In this document: one piece after another, positions 39,553 through 47,897 of the stretch
Numbering within the stretch: position 1 is the stretch's first letter
Layout of the letters: each line of letters starts with the position of its first letter
Notes under the pieces: model-generated
Database searches by the model: none
Seen by the model: the letters and a program-made list of their open reading frames with translations, nothing else
Told to the model about the DNA's origin: nothing
DNA from: Candidatus Forterrea multitransposorum CG_2015-17_Forterrea_25_41
GTDB lineage: Archaea; Iainarchaeota; Iainarchaeia; Iainarchaeales; CSSED10-239
Direction: 5' to 3'
DNA length: 64,000 nt
NCBI GenBank assembly: GCA_009392915.1
Contig: CP045477.1
Coordinates: 64,001 to 128,000 of the forward strand
Translations under genes and position numbers: made by a program

Positions 39553-39590
39553 AAAAGCTTAATTTCTTTTAAGCTTTTCTTTTTTTTTTC
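39553..39590 (+). terminator. perfect 10-bp hairpin (AAAAGCTTAA/TTAAGCTTTT) followed by T10
   Basis: Lies directly downstream of the adhesin gene stop. A stem-loop plus oligo-T is the classic termination signature. Confidence 0.55.
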
Positions 39591-39706
39591 TTTTTATATA
39601 GCTTTTTTTAAATAATTATATTTAAAAACATTCCTCCATATATAATATTTATATATATAGTTCTTTTTTTTAAAAAAACTAAAAAACCAATGACACTATA
39701 AGGAGG

Positions 39707-40255
39707 TTGTTTGTCATGTCTGAATTTATAAAATTCTCTGTACCTGAAGATTTAAGAGTTTTACAAGATGAAACTATTAAAAAATTATCAAAATCAGGTA
39801 AAATAAAAATAGGTATAAACGAAGTTACAAAAACAATTGAAAGAGGAAATGCAAAATTTGTTATTATTGCTGAAGATGTATCTCCTGCTGAAATTGTAAT
39901 GCATATACCAATAATCTCAAAAGAGAAAAAAATCCCTTTTTCTTATGCAAAAACTAAAGAAGATTTAGGTAAAATGGTTGGTATCTCTGCAAAAGCAAGT
40001 TGTGTTGCTATAACAGATGCTGGTTCAATGCAAAAAGAATTAACAACATTAATTGATAAGATTGAAGAAGTTTCTGGTGGTAAAAAAGCAGCTGTAAAAA
40101 CAGAAGATGTTAAAAAAGAAAAACCTTCTCCTAAAAAAGAAGAAGTAAAAAAAGAAGCTCCTTCTCCTAAAAAAGAAGAAGAAGTAAAAAAAGAAACACC
40201 TAAAGAAGAAAAACCAGAAAATAAAGAAGAAGTTAAAAAAGAAAACAAAGAATGA
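39707..40255 (+). CDS. rpl7ae: 50S ribosomal protein L7Ae with K/E/P-rich C-terminal repeat extension
   Basis: L7Ae core (GINEVTKTIERGNAKFVIIAEDVSPAEIVMHIPIISKEKKIPF). The C-terminal ~70 aa carry repeated KKEEVKKEAPSPKKEE. Confidence 0.85.
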   Translation: MFVMSEFIKFSVPEDLRVLQDETIKKLSKSGKIKIGINEVTKTIERGNAKFVIIAEDVSPAEIVMHIPIISKEKKIPFSYAKTKEDLGKMVGISAKASCVAITDAGSMQKELTTLIDKIEEVSGGKKAAVKTEDVKKEKPSPKKEEVKKEAPSPKKEEEVKKETPKEEKPENKEEVKKENKE

Positions 40256-40267
40256 GGTGAATAATTT

Positions 40268-40480
40268 ATGGCTGATGAAGGAATACCTGCAGAAGTAGTA
40301 GAAGTTGTAGGTAGAACTGGTTCTCGTGGAGAAGCTACCCAAGTTCTTTGTAGAGTTATTGATGGTTATGAGAAAGGTAGAATTAAAAAAAGAAATGTCA
40401 AAGGTAATGTTAAGAAAGGAGACATTCTATTATTAATGAATCCAGAAACAGAAGCAAAGGACATTAAGGCACGTAGGTGA
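40268..40480 (+). CDS. rps28e: 30S ribosomal protein S28e
   Basis: AEVVEVVGRTGSRGEATQVLCRVIDG is typical of S28e. Conserved L7Ae-S28e-L24e cluster. Confidence 0.9.
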   Translation: MADEGIPAEVVEVVGRTGSRGEATQVLCRVIDGYEKGRIKKRNVKGNVKKGDILLLMNPETEAKDIKARR

Positions 40481-40486
40481 TTTTTA

Positions 40487-40681
40487 ATGCAATGTACATT
40501 TTGCGGAAAAGAAGTTCCAAAAGGGACTGGTGTTTTATATGCAAAGAAAGATGGAACTACTTTTATATTTTGTTCAAGCAAATGTAAAATTAATGTTCTT
40601 GAAAAAAAATTCAAAGCACATAAAACCAAATGGACAAATAAATATCATGTAGAAAAAGAAAGACATTTAAAGAAAAAATAA
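40487..40681 (+). CDS. rpl24e: 50S ribosomal protein L24e
   Basis: MQCTFCGKEVPKGTGVLYAKKDGTTFIFCSSKC zinc finger typical of L24e. Confidence 0.9.
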   Translation: MQCTFCGKEVPKGTGVLYAKKDGTTFIFCSSKCKINVLEKKFKAHKTKWTNKYHVEKERHLKKK

Positions 40682-40781
40682 TTTTTTTTTCTTTTTCTTT
40701 TTTCTTCAAATATTTCTAAATATAAATATTTTTTTTAATATAAATTAAATATTTAAAATAAAAATAAATAAAAGGTGGTTT

Positions 40782-42524
40782 TTGTTGTTTAGACAACCAA
40801 TAATTACAATAATGGGACACATTGATTCTGGAAAAACAACTTTTCTAGATAAGATCAAGGGTACCGGTATTGCAAAACTAGAAGCTGGTAAAATAACACA
40901 GCATATTGGTGCAACAGAGATATCTTTAGATGTTATTTTAAAAATTTGTTCTCATCTTTTAGAAAAATATAAATTTGAAGTAACTATTCCAGGTTTATTA
41001 TTTATTGATACTCCAGGACATAATGCTTTTGATAATTTAAGAGAGAGAGGTGGATCTTTAGCAGATTTAGTTGTTTTAGTTGTTGATATTAATAAAGGTC
41101 TTCAAGCACAAGATATTGAAACTTTAGAAATATTAAAAATGTATAAAGTTCCATTTATTATTGCTGCAAATAAAATAGATTTAGTTTCAGGATATTTTCA
41201 AGAAGGAAAAGATATCTCTCAAGCTTTAGAAAAACAATCAAAATCAACTGAAGATAAAATAGATGAATTAATCTACAAAATTGTTGGACAGCTTTATGAC
41301 AAAGGTTTTCAAGCTGAAAGGTTTGATAGAATCTCTGACTTTAAAAAACAAATTGCAATTATTCCAACCTCTTGTGAAAAAGAATATGGTTTAACAGAAG
41401 CAATTTTATTTTTATCAGTTCTTTCTCAAAAGTTTTTAGGTCCAAGAATAACACTTGATTCTTCTCAAAAACCACAAGCAACAATCTTAGAGGTTGGAGA
41501 AATAACTGGTATTGGAAAAACAGTTGATGCAATTGTTTATCAAGGAGTTTTAAAAGTAAAAGATAAAGTTTCTTTTCTTTCAAGAGAAGGAGTTATTGAA
41601 ACAAAAATAAAATCTCTTCTTAAATTAAATGTAATGAGTGCAATTAATAAAAAAAGAGATTATAAAAACGTAGATTTTGTATCAGCTGCAAGTGGAGTTA
41701 AAATAGTTGGTCCTGATCTTGATAAATGTATTCCAGGAAGTATTATTGTTTCTTCTGAAGATTTAGATGCTGTTGAAAGATTAAAAGAAAAAACATTAAA
41801 TAGTTTTGTATCATCAGATATTGATGGTGCTTTTCTAAAAACAGATACTTTAGGATCTTTAGAAGCATTAATTAAACTTCTTACAAAAAATAAAATTCCA
41901 ATTGCAAAAGCAGATATTGGTCCTATTACACAAAAAGATATTTTAGAGATAAAAGTTTTAAATCAAAGAGATAAGAAAAAAGGAGTTTTGTTTTTATTTA
42001 ATGCAAATATTTCAAAAGATTTTTTAGAAGATTTAAATAAAGAAAAAATTCCAGTTTTTAAAAATAATATAATCTATAAACTTATAGAAGAACATGCCGA
42101 TTGGCTTTTAAAAGAAAACAAAATTGAAAAAGATAGTTTACTTAAGGAAATTATTTTTCCTTGTGAAATTAAAGTTTTAAAAAACCATATATTCAGAACT
42201 AGTAAACCTGCAATTGTTGGAGTTAAAGTTGTTGCAGGAAAATTAACTCCTGGTTCAAGAGTATTATTAAATGATAAAGAAATTGGAGTTGTTGAAGGAA
42301 TTCAAGCTGAAGGAAAATCTTTAGATATTTTAGAAAGAGGTTCTGAAGCTGCAATTTCAATTAAACATGCAGTATATTTAAAAGATTTTAAAGAGGAAGA
42401 TGTTTTTTCAGTATATGTTCCTGATTCCTCTATTAAAAAACTTGAACAAATGATAGATGATCTTACAAATGAAGAACAAGAAATGTTATATAAAATTAAA
42501 TCAAAAAGAATTAATGTAAATTAA
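40782..42524 (+). CDS. infB: translation initiation factor aIF5B (IF2 homologue), TTG start
   Basis: GTPase G1 GHIDSGKTT and G3 DTPGH. 580 aa. The ORF begins at TTG. Confidence 0.9.
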   Translation: MLFRQPIITIMGHIDSGKTTFLDKIKGTGIAKLEAGKITQHIGATEISLDVILKICSHLLEKYKFEVTIPGLLFIDTPGHNAFDNLRERGGSLADLVVLVVDINKGLQAQDIETLEILKMYKVPFIIAANKIDLVSGYFQEGKDISQALEKQSKSTEDKIDELIYKIVGQLYDKGFQAERFDRISDFKKQIAIIPTSCEKEYGLTEAILFLSVLSQKFLGPRITLDSSQKPQATILEVGEITGIGKTVDAIVYQGVLKVKDKVSFLSREGVIETKIKSLLKLNVMSAINKKRDYKNVDFVSAASGVKIVGPDLDKCIPGSIIVSSEDLDAVERLKEKTLNSFVSSDIDGAFLKTDTLGSLEALIKLLTKNKIPIAKADIGPITQKDILEIKVLNQRDKKKGVLFLFNANISKDFLEDLNKEKIPVFKNNIIYKLIEEHADWLLKENKIEKDSLLKEIIFPCEIKVLKNHIFRTSKPAIVGVKVVAGKLTPGSRVLLNDKEIGVVEGIQAEGKSLDILERGSEAAISIKHAVYLKDFKEEDVFSVYVPDSSIKKLEQMIDDLTNEEQEMLYKIKSKRINVN

Positions 42525-42540
42525 AATAAACTGAGGTGTT

Positions 42541-42930
42541 TTGAAAATGAAATTAAATATTGCAGACCCAAAAAAAGCAAAAACATATTCCATAGAAGCA
42601 GATGAAAAAAATAGTCTTTACTTTGTTGGAAAAAAATTAAAAGATGAAGTTGATTTATCTTTCATTGCAGCAGGACTTAAAGGAGTAATTACTGGTGGTT
42701 CTGATAAAGATGGTTTTCCAATGCACGGAGCACTCGATTCAGAAAATAGAAAAAAATTATTATTATCTGGTGGAGTTGGATTTAAACCTACAAGAAAAGG
42801 TGAAAGAAGAAGAAAAAGAGTTGCTGGAAGAATAATTACAACACACATTCAACAAATAAATATTAAAGTAACTGCAGGAGATTCAGCAGTTTTAGAAGAA
42901 AAACATACAAAAAAAGATGAAAAAAAATAA
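42541..42930 (+). CDS. rps6e: 30S ribosomal protein S6e
   Basis: S6e sequence (GFPMHGALD...GFKPTRKGERRRKRV). Conserved aIF5B-S6e-aIF2gamma order. Confidence 0.9.
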   Translation: MKMKLNIADPKKAKTYSIEADEKNSLYFVGKKLKDEVDLSFIAAGLKGVITGGSDKDGFPMHGALDSENRKKLLLSGGVGFKPTRKGERRRKRVAGRIITTHIQQINIKVTAGDSAVLEEKHTKKDEKK

Positions 42931-42957
42931 AAGGATAAAATAAGTAGGTATTAATAT

Positions 42958-44163
42958 ATGAATAATGAAATTCAAGCAGAACTAAATATAGGGATTGTAG
43001 GACACGTTGATCACGGAAAAACAACATTAACTTCAAAGCTAACCGGTAAATGGACAGATAGACATTCTGAAGAAATAAAACAAGGAATTTCTATTAAATT
43101 AGGTTATGCAGACGCAGAGTTCTATATTGATCCATCAGTTTCTGGAATTTCAAGCTATACCTCTCAAAAAACACATCCTTTGACAGGAAATAAAACAGAG
43201 TTGGTTAGAAAAGTGTCATTTGTTGATGCTCCTGGCCACGAAACCTTAATGGCAGTTATGCTCTCTGGAGCTGCATTATTAAATGGTGCAATTTTAGTTG
43301 TTGCTGCAAATGAAGAATGTCCTCAACCAAGAACTATTGAACATCTTTTAGCACTTAAGATGCATGGTATTAAAAATTTAGTTGTTGCTCAAAATAAAAT
43401 AGATTTAGTTTCAAAAGAAGAAGCTCTTTTAAATTATAAAAAACTAAGAGAGTTTTTAGATTCTGAAGGTTATAAGGATTCTCCAATTATTCCAACTTCT
43501 GCTCATTTTGATACAAATATCGATGCTTTAATTTATGCAATTGTAAACACTATTGAAAAACCTTCAATTGAAAAATTATCCTCTAAACCTTTAAAGATGC
43601 AGATTGTAAGATCTTTTGATATTAATAAACCTTCAACAAAATTAAAAGAACTTAAAGGTGGAGTTTTAGGTGGAGCTATTTTAGAAGGTAAAATCTCAGT
43701 TAATGAAAAATGTTTTATTTATCCTGGTTTTGAAAATGGTCCAATTGAGTTTAAAGTTAAATCTTTAAATTCTGAAAAGATTTCTCTTAAAGAAGCACAT
43801 TTAGGTGGACTTATAGCAATTGGAACTGATTTAGATCCTTTCTTTTGTTTTTCAGATAAAATGGTTGGTCAGATTGTTTGTGAAGAAAAATCAAAACCTA
43901 CTCTTTCAAATATTATTAAGATTGATTATAATAAAATAGAAAGATTAATTGAGCCAAATCAATCAGAATTTAAGATTGGAGAAAGAGTTGTTTTAGTTAT
44001 AGGATCTTCTGCTCAAGTAGGAGTTATTAAAAAAATAAATAAAAATAATGAATTTGAAATAATGCTTGCAAGAAATGCAGCTTTTTATCCAAAAAATAAA
44101 GTTGCAGTAAGCAGAAATGTTAATAGTAGATGGAGACTTGCAGGATATGGGGAGATTAAATAA
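42958..44163 (+). CDS. eif2g: translation initiation factor aIF2 gamma subunit
   Basis: GTPase motifs IGIVGHVDHGKTT and DAPGH. 401 aa. Confidence 0.9.
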   Translation: MNNEIQAELNIGIVGHVDHGKTTLTSKLTGKWTDRHSEEIKQGISIKLGYADAEFYIDPSVSGISSYTSQKTHPLTGNKTELVRKVSFVDAPGHETLMAVMLSGAALLNGAILVVAANEECPQPRTIEHLLALKMHGIKNLVVAQNKIDLVSKEEALLNYKKLREFLDSEGYKDSPIIPTSAHFDTNIDALIYAIVNTIEKPSIEKLSSKPLKMQIVRSFDINKPSTKLKELKGGVLGGAILEGKISVNEKCFIYPGFENGPIEFKVKSLNSEKISLKEAHLGGLIAIGTDLDPFFCFSDKMVGQIVCEEKSKPTLSNIIKIDYNKIERLIEPNQSEFKIGERVVLVIGSSAQVGVIKKINKNNEFEIMLARNAAFYPKNKVAVSRNVNSRWRLAGYGEIK

Positions 44164-44554
44164 TGTTTTGATTGATACTAATGTATTAATCTATATGTAT
44201 GAAAACAAAAAAGATATCTTTGATTATGTTACAGTTTTAATCCCTGATCCTAAGTTTTTTATTTTAGATAAAGTTTTTGATGAACTTTCAAAAGTTTATA
44301 AAGCTAAACCAAATAAATTTTTAGGTATTAAAAGATATTTAGAAAAATTAAAAGAAATAAATAAGTTTGAAATTATTGAAGTTGGAGAAGATGTTTTAAG
44401 TCTTAGTGTTAAATTTACAAAAATAGATAACTTATTAATATATTACAGTAATAAATATTTAGTATATACAAATGATAAAATATTAAAAGATAAAATTAAA
44501 AAAAAAGGAAATAGAGTTTTAACTTTAAAAAATAATGGTGTTTTATTAATTTAA
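44147..44554 (+). CDS. PIN-domain protein (conserved archaeal partner of the aIF2gamma/Rpo7 cluster)
   Basis: VLIDTNVLIY first-Asp PIN motif. The ATG at 44147 overlaps the aIF2gamma stop by 17 nt. The track's alternative start at 44117 is less likely. Confidence 0.55.
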   Translation: MGRLNNVLIDTNVLIYMYENKKDIFDYVTVLIPDPKFFILDKVFDELSKVYKAKPNKFLGIKRYLEKLKEINKFEIIEVGEDVLSLSVKFTKIDNLLIYYSNKYLVYTNDKILKDKIKKKGNRVLTLKNNGVLLI

Positions 44555-44583
44555 AAAAAAATATAAAAAGAGGAAGATTTTAT

Positions 44584-45213
44584 ATGGGTTATAAAAAATT
44601 TGATGTAGAAGGAATCGTTTCAGTATCTCCTTTAAATTTATCTGGAGAATTAAAAGATATTTTAAAAGAACAATTATCAATTAACTATGATGGTGTTATT
44701 GATAAAGACATAGGTCTTATAATTGCAATAACAGATGTTTTAGATCATAGTGAAGGAGAAATTATTCCTGGAGATTCAGATGTTTTCTTTAAAGTTAAAT
44801 TTAGAGTAATAAGTTTTCTTCCTAAATTACATGAAGTTATTAGAGGTAGAGTTACACAAGCAACTGATTTTGGTGCTTTCATAAATATTGGCCCTTTTGA
44901 AGGTTTATGTCACGTATCTCAAGTAATGCCAGATTTTAATTCTTATAACCCTGAACTTCCTGGTTTCTTTGCAAAAGAAAGTAAAAAAACATTAGTGGTT
45001 GAAGATAAAGTTTTAACTAGAATTTCAAACATTAGTTTTAAGAAAACAATTGCTGAAACAAAAATTGGTCTTACAATGAGACAAACAGGTCTTGGTAAAG
45101 AAGAATGGATTGCAATTGATGCAAAGGCTGAGAAGAAAACTACTAAAAAAACATCTAAAAAAGATGATACTAAAGAAAAAAAGACCACAACTAAAAAAGG
45201 TGGTAAAAAATGA
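44584..45213 (+). CDS. rpoE: DNA-directed RNA polymerase subunit E' (Rpo7) with Lys-rich C-terminal tail
   Basis: Rpo7 N-domain plus S1 domain (RGRVTQATDFGAFINIGPFEGLCHVSQV). The C-terminal tail is KKTTKKTSKKDDTKEKK. Confidence 0.85.
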   Translation: MGYKKFDVEGIVSVSPLNLSGELKDILKEQLSINYDGVIDKDIGLIIAITDVLDHSEGEIIPGDSDVFFKVKFRVISFLPKLHEVIRGRVTQATDFGAFINIGPFEGLCHVSQVMPDFNSYNPELPGFFAKESKKTLVVEDKVLTRISNISFKKTIAETKIGLTMRQTGLGKEEWIAIDAKAEKKTTKKTSKKDDTKEKKTTTKKGGKK

Positions 45214-45434
45214 ATAAAAAAGCATGTAGAAAGTGTAGAAAAATTATAGAAGAAGTTGAAGTTAATGAAAAAGGAAAAGAAGAATCTGTAAAGGTTTGTC
45301 CTGTATGTGAAAGTACAAATTTCACAACTTTTTGGAAAGGTTCTGCACTTGTTGTAAATCCTGAAAAATCAGAAATTGGTAAGGCAATGGATGTAACAGT
45401 TCCTGGAAAATATGCCTTAAGATTAAGTAGGTGA
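45210..45434 (+). CDS. spt4: transcription elongation factor Spt4 (RpoE'')
   Basis: CRKCRK...CPVCES zinc ribbon. 74 aa, following Rpo7. Confidence 0.8.
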   Translation: MNKKACRKCRKIIEEVEVNEKGKEESVKVCPVCESTNFTTFWKGSALVVNPEKSEIGKAMDVTVPGKYALRLSR

Positions 45435-45570
45435 TTTATAAGTATTATTATACTTATTTTTTAAGAATGGATTTTACGAAAGTAAAGTCTTAAATTTTTC
45501 TTGAAAATTAGTTTTTTTAAGGAAAATAAAAATCTCTCTCAAAGATTTTAGAAATATAAGGTGAAAATTA

Positions 45571-45981
45571 ATGGAAATAGAATTTGAAAAATCAAGAAAT
45601 GAACTTTTAAATAGAACAAATGTTTTTGTAAAAATAAGAAGTGTTAAAACACCAAGTAAAAAAGAACTTCAAACAAAAGTTGCTTCTGTTCTTGCGTGTG
45701 ATCAAGCATTAGTTGTTGTTGATAAAATTTCTCAAGAATTTGGATCTAAAATTTCAAATGCATATGTTAAGGTTTATGATTCTTTAGAAGTTTTAAAAAA
45801 AATAGAACTTGAACATAATATTAGAGATCTTTTAAAAGAAGAAAAAGAAAAAGAAGATGCTCTTAAGGCTGAAAGAAAAGCAAAAAAAGAAGCTGCAAAA
45901 AAACCAGCTGAACCTGAAAAAGAAGAAGCTGAAAAAGAAGAAGCTGAAGAAAAGTCTCAGGAAGAAGTTAAAGAAGAGTAG
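45571..45981 (+). CDS. rps24e: 30S ribosomal protein S24e with K/E-rich C-terminal extension
   Basis: S24e core (NELLNRTNVFVKIRSVKTPSKKELQTKVASVL). The C-terminal tail is EAEKEEAEEKSQEEVKEE. Confidence 0.85.
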   Translation: MEIEFEKSRNELLNRTNVFVKIRSVKTPSKKELQTKVASVLACDQALVVVDKISQEFGSKISNAYVKVYDSLEVLKKIELEHNIRDLLKEEKEKEDALKAERKAKKEAAKKPAEPEKEEAEKEEAEEKSQEEVKEE

Positions 45982-46033
45982 TTTTTAAACAAAAACTAAT
46001 TTTTAAAAAATTGGAAAATTAAGGTGAAAAATT

Positions 46034-46261
46034 ATGGCTAAAAAGAAAGGAGCTAATTCAGTTAAGAAAGGTAAGAAAGCTCATAAGAAAACTGTAAGAG
46101 TTAAAGTGAATAAATTTTATGAAGTTTCTGGCGCAAGTGTTACAAGAAAAGGAAAAGATTGTCCTAAATGTGGTACTGGTGTAAAGATGGGTTCTCACAA
46201 AACAAAAGATGGTCAAGTAAGATATGCTTGCGGTAAATGTGGGACAACAGTTTGGGAATAG
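46034..46261 (+). CDS. rps27ae: 30S ribosomal protein S27ae
   Basis: CPKCGTG...CGKCGTT zinc ribbon. Conserved S24e-S27ae pair. Confidence 0.85.
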   Translation: MAKKKGANSVKKGKKAHKKTVRVKVNKFYEVSGASVTRKGKDCPKCGTGVKMGSHKTKDGQVRYACGKCGTTVWE

Positions 46262-46375
46262 TTTTATTTTAAATAAATGTGATTTAATATTTTCTATATA
46301 TTAGATCTCTTTTTATTTTTATTTCCTATTTATTTTTTATTTTTTGAAAATAGAAAAATTAAATTTAAAGAGATT

Positions 46376-46816
46376 TTGTCTAATTTTGGTGTTAAAAAAA
46401 TCTCTTTTAAATATTTTATAAAACATACTTTTATTGTTTTTTTTATTTTGTTATTTATAAGTATGTTTATTAATCTAGTATTTATTTTATTTGGTTTTAC
46501 AGATTTAGGTCTTGTTACTGAAAAAATAAAAACTCTTTCTCCATTTTTTATAGTTTATTTATTAGTTATTAGAGTTTTTTTAGAAGAATGGTTTTTTAGA
46601 GGTTTTTTAGTTTATAAAACAGGTATTTTATTTTCTGCATTTCTATTTGCTGCAGGACATTATGGGTATGGGTCTATTGTTGAAGTAGTGGGTGCTTTTA
46701 TATTAGGTTTAGTTTTAGCTTTCTATTATAAAAAAATAAATAATATTTATCCTCTTTATGCTGCGCATTTTCTATATAACTTAATGGTTATTTTAGTTAC
46801 TTTTTTTACAATTTAA
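46376..46816 (+). CDS. CPBP-family intramembrane metalloprotease (CAAX protease/Abi-like)
   Basis: Motif 1 EEWFFRGFL (EExxxR) and motif 2 FAAGHYGYG (FxxxH) on TM helices. Confidence 0.6.
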   Translation: MSNFGVKKISFKYFIKHTFIVFFILLFISMFINLVFILFGFTDLGLVTEKIKTLSPFFIVYLLVIRVFLEEWFFRGFLVYKTGILFSAFLFAAGHYGYGSIVEVVGAFILGLVLAFYYKKINNIYPLYAAHFLYNLMVILVTFFTI

Positions 46817-47203
46817 TTTTAATTAACAATAGTTAATTAATTATATTTTTTAAAAATTAATTTAAAGAAAAGAATAGTGGTATAGTTTAATTTATTAATG
46901 TGTAATATTTTGTATATCTATTTTAGTATTATATATATATAGTTTATGTTCTATTCTTATATTGGATTGAAAAAGCTATTCTTTATAGAGATGATAGAAG
47001 AGCTTTTGTGAGTATTATGAGTATGACAATACAACACAAATCCGATAGTTAGGAGGAGCTAAACTCAACGTGTTTAAACGGAAAAAAAATTAAGGTGTGC
47101 TCCCCTATCTTTAACATTTACTATTTTTATTATTTTCTAATATTATTTTTTCAAATTCTATTTTTTTAAGTAAATCGTAATTTATAAATAATTTTTTAAT
47201 AAG

Positions 47204-47232
47204 TAACCTAAGTAACAATGTTACATAGGTTT
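47204..47232 (+). promoter_or_regulatory. 29-bp near-perfect palindrome TAACCTAAGTAACAATGTTACATAGGTTA 30 bp upstream of the PadR gene (candidate autoregulatory operator)
   Basis: Read directly from the sequence, with 2 mismatches from perfect dyad symmetry. A TATA-like TTTATAAATA sits ~20 bp upstream of it. Confidence 0.35.
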
Positions 47233-47261
47233 ATATTCTTTTTGTTATATGTATTCTTATA

Positions 47262-47624
47262 ATGGTTACAATAAAAAATATGGCTGATAATCCTGAAAAG
47301 ATATGGTTGCAATTTCTTATATTGAGATTGATTTATGAAAATCCAACTTATGGTTATAAGTTAATTAAAGATATTAATAAAATAAGTAATGGAAAATATA
47401 TTGTTAAATCAGGTACTATGTATACTACACTTAGACGAATGGAAAAAAATAAATTACTAAATTCTATTTGGGAAAAAAATGAGTCTGGTCCTAGTAGTAG
47501 AATTTATAATCTAACTATAAAAGGTAAAATGAAACTTAAAAATTTACTTAAAATGGTTGTTGAAAGAAAAAAAATAATAGATCAGTTAATTAAATTTTAT
47601 GAAAAAGAATTTAAAGAACAATAA
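47262..47624 (+). CDS. PadR-family transcriptional regulator
   Basis: YGYKLIKDI...SGTMYTTLRRMEKNKLL...RIYNLTIKGK matches the PadR winged-helix consensus. Confidence 0.75.
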   Translation: MVTIKNMADNPEKIWLQFLILRLIYENPTYGYKLIKDINKISNGKYIVKSGTMYTTLRRMEKNKLLNSIWEKNESGPSSRIYNLTIKGKMKLKNLLKMVVERKKIIDQLIKFYEKEFKEQ

Positions 47625-47648
47625 ATATAATGTAAATTAAGATTATTT

Positions 47649-47873
47649 ATGAAAATAAAATTACATCAAATATTACTTTGGATTACAATAATTTCTTTAA
47701 TAGTTTTAGTTATATCTACTGTGCCTTTATTAGTTAGTTATTTAAAAAATCTAGATGTTAAATTTCCAATGTTTGTAACTATTCATGTTTGGTCTGGTAT
47801 TATACTATTAGTGGTTGTATTATTAAGAGTTTTTATTAATCGTAAAAAATTAAAGATAATGCTTACTAATTAG
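47649..47873 (+). CDS. small two-TM membrane protein
   Basis: 74 aa with two hydrophobic helices, lying between the PadR gene and the CARDB/ABC genes. Confidence 0.45.
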   Translation: MKIKLHQILLWITIISLIVLVISTVPLLVSYLKNLDVKFPMFVTIHVWSGIILLVVVLLRVFINRKKLKIMLTN

Positions 47874-47897
47874 TTATTTTAAAAATTAAGGAGTTAA

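Noticed and set aside
39943-40342. Two overlapping antisense ORFs (101 aa and 97 aa) rich in Phe/Ser opposite the L7Ae C-terminal tail
   Set aside because: They are mirror images of the KKEE repeat region (AAG/GAA read antisense gives TTC/CTT). They are not independent genes.
44117-44146. Upstream ATG (track start 44117) for the PIN-domain gene
   Set aside because: It would add 10 residues overlapping 47 nt of aIF2gamma. The ATG at 44147 places the canonical VLIDTNVLIY PIN N-terminus at residue 5-6 as in typical PIN proteins. Both remain possible.
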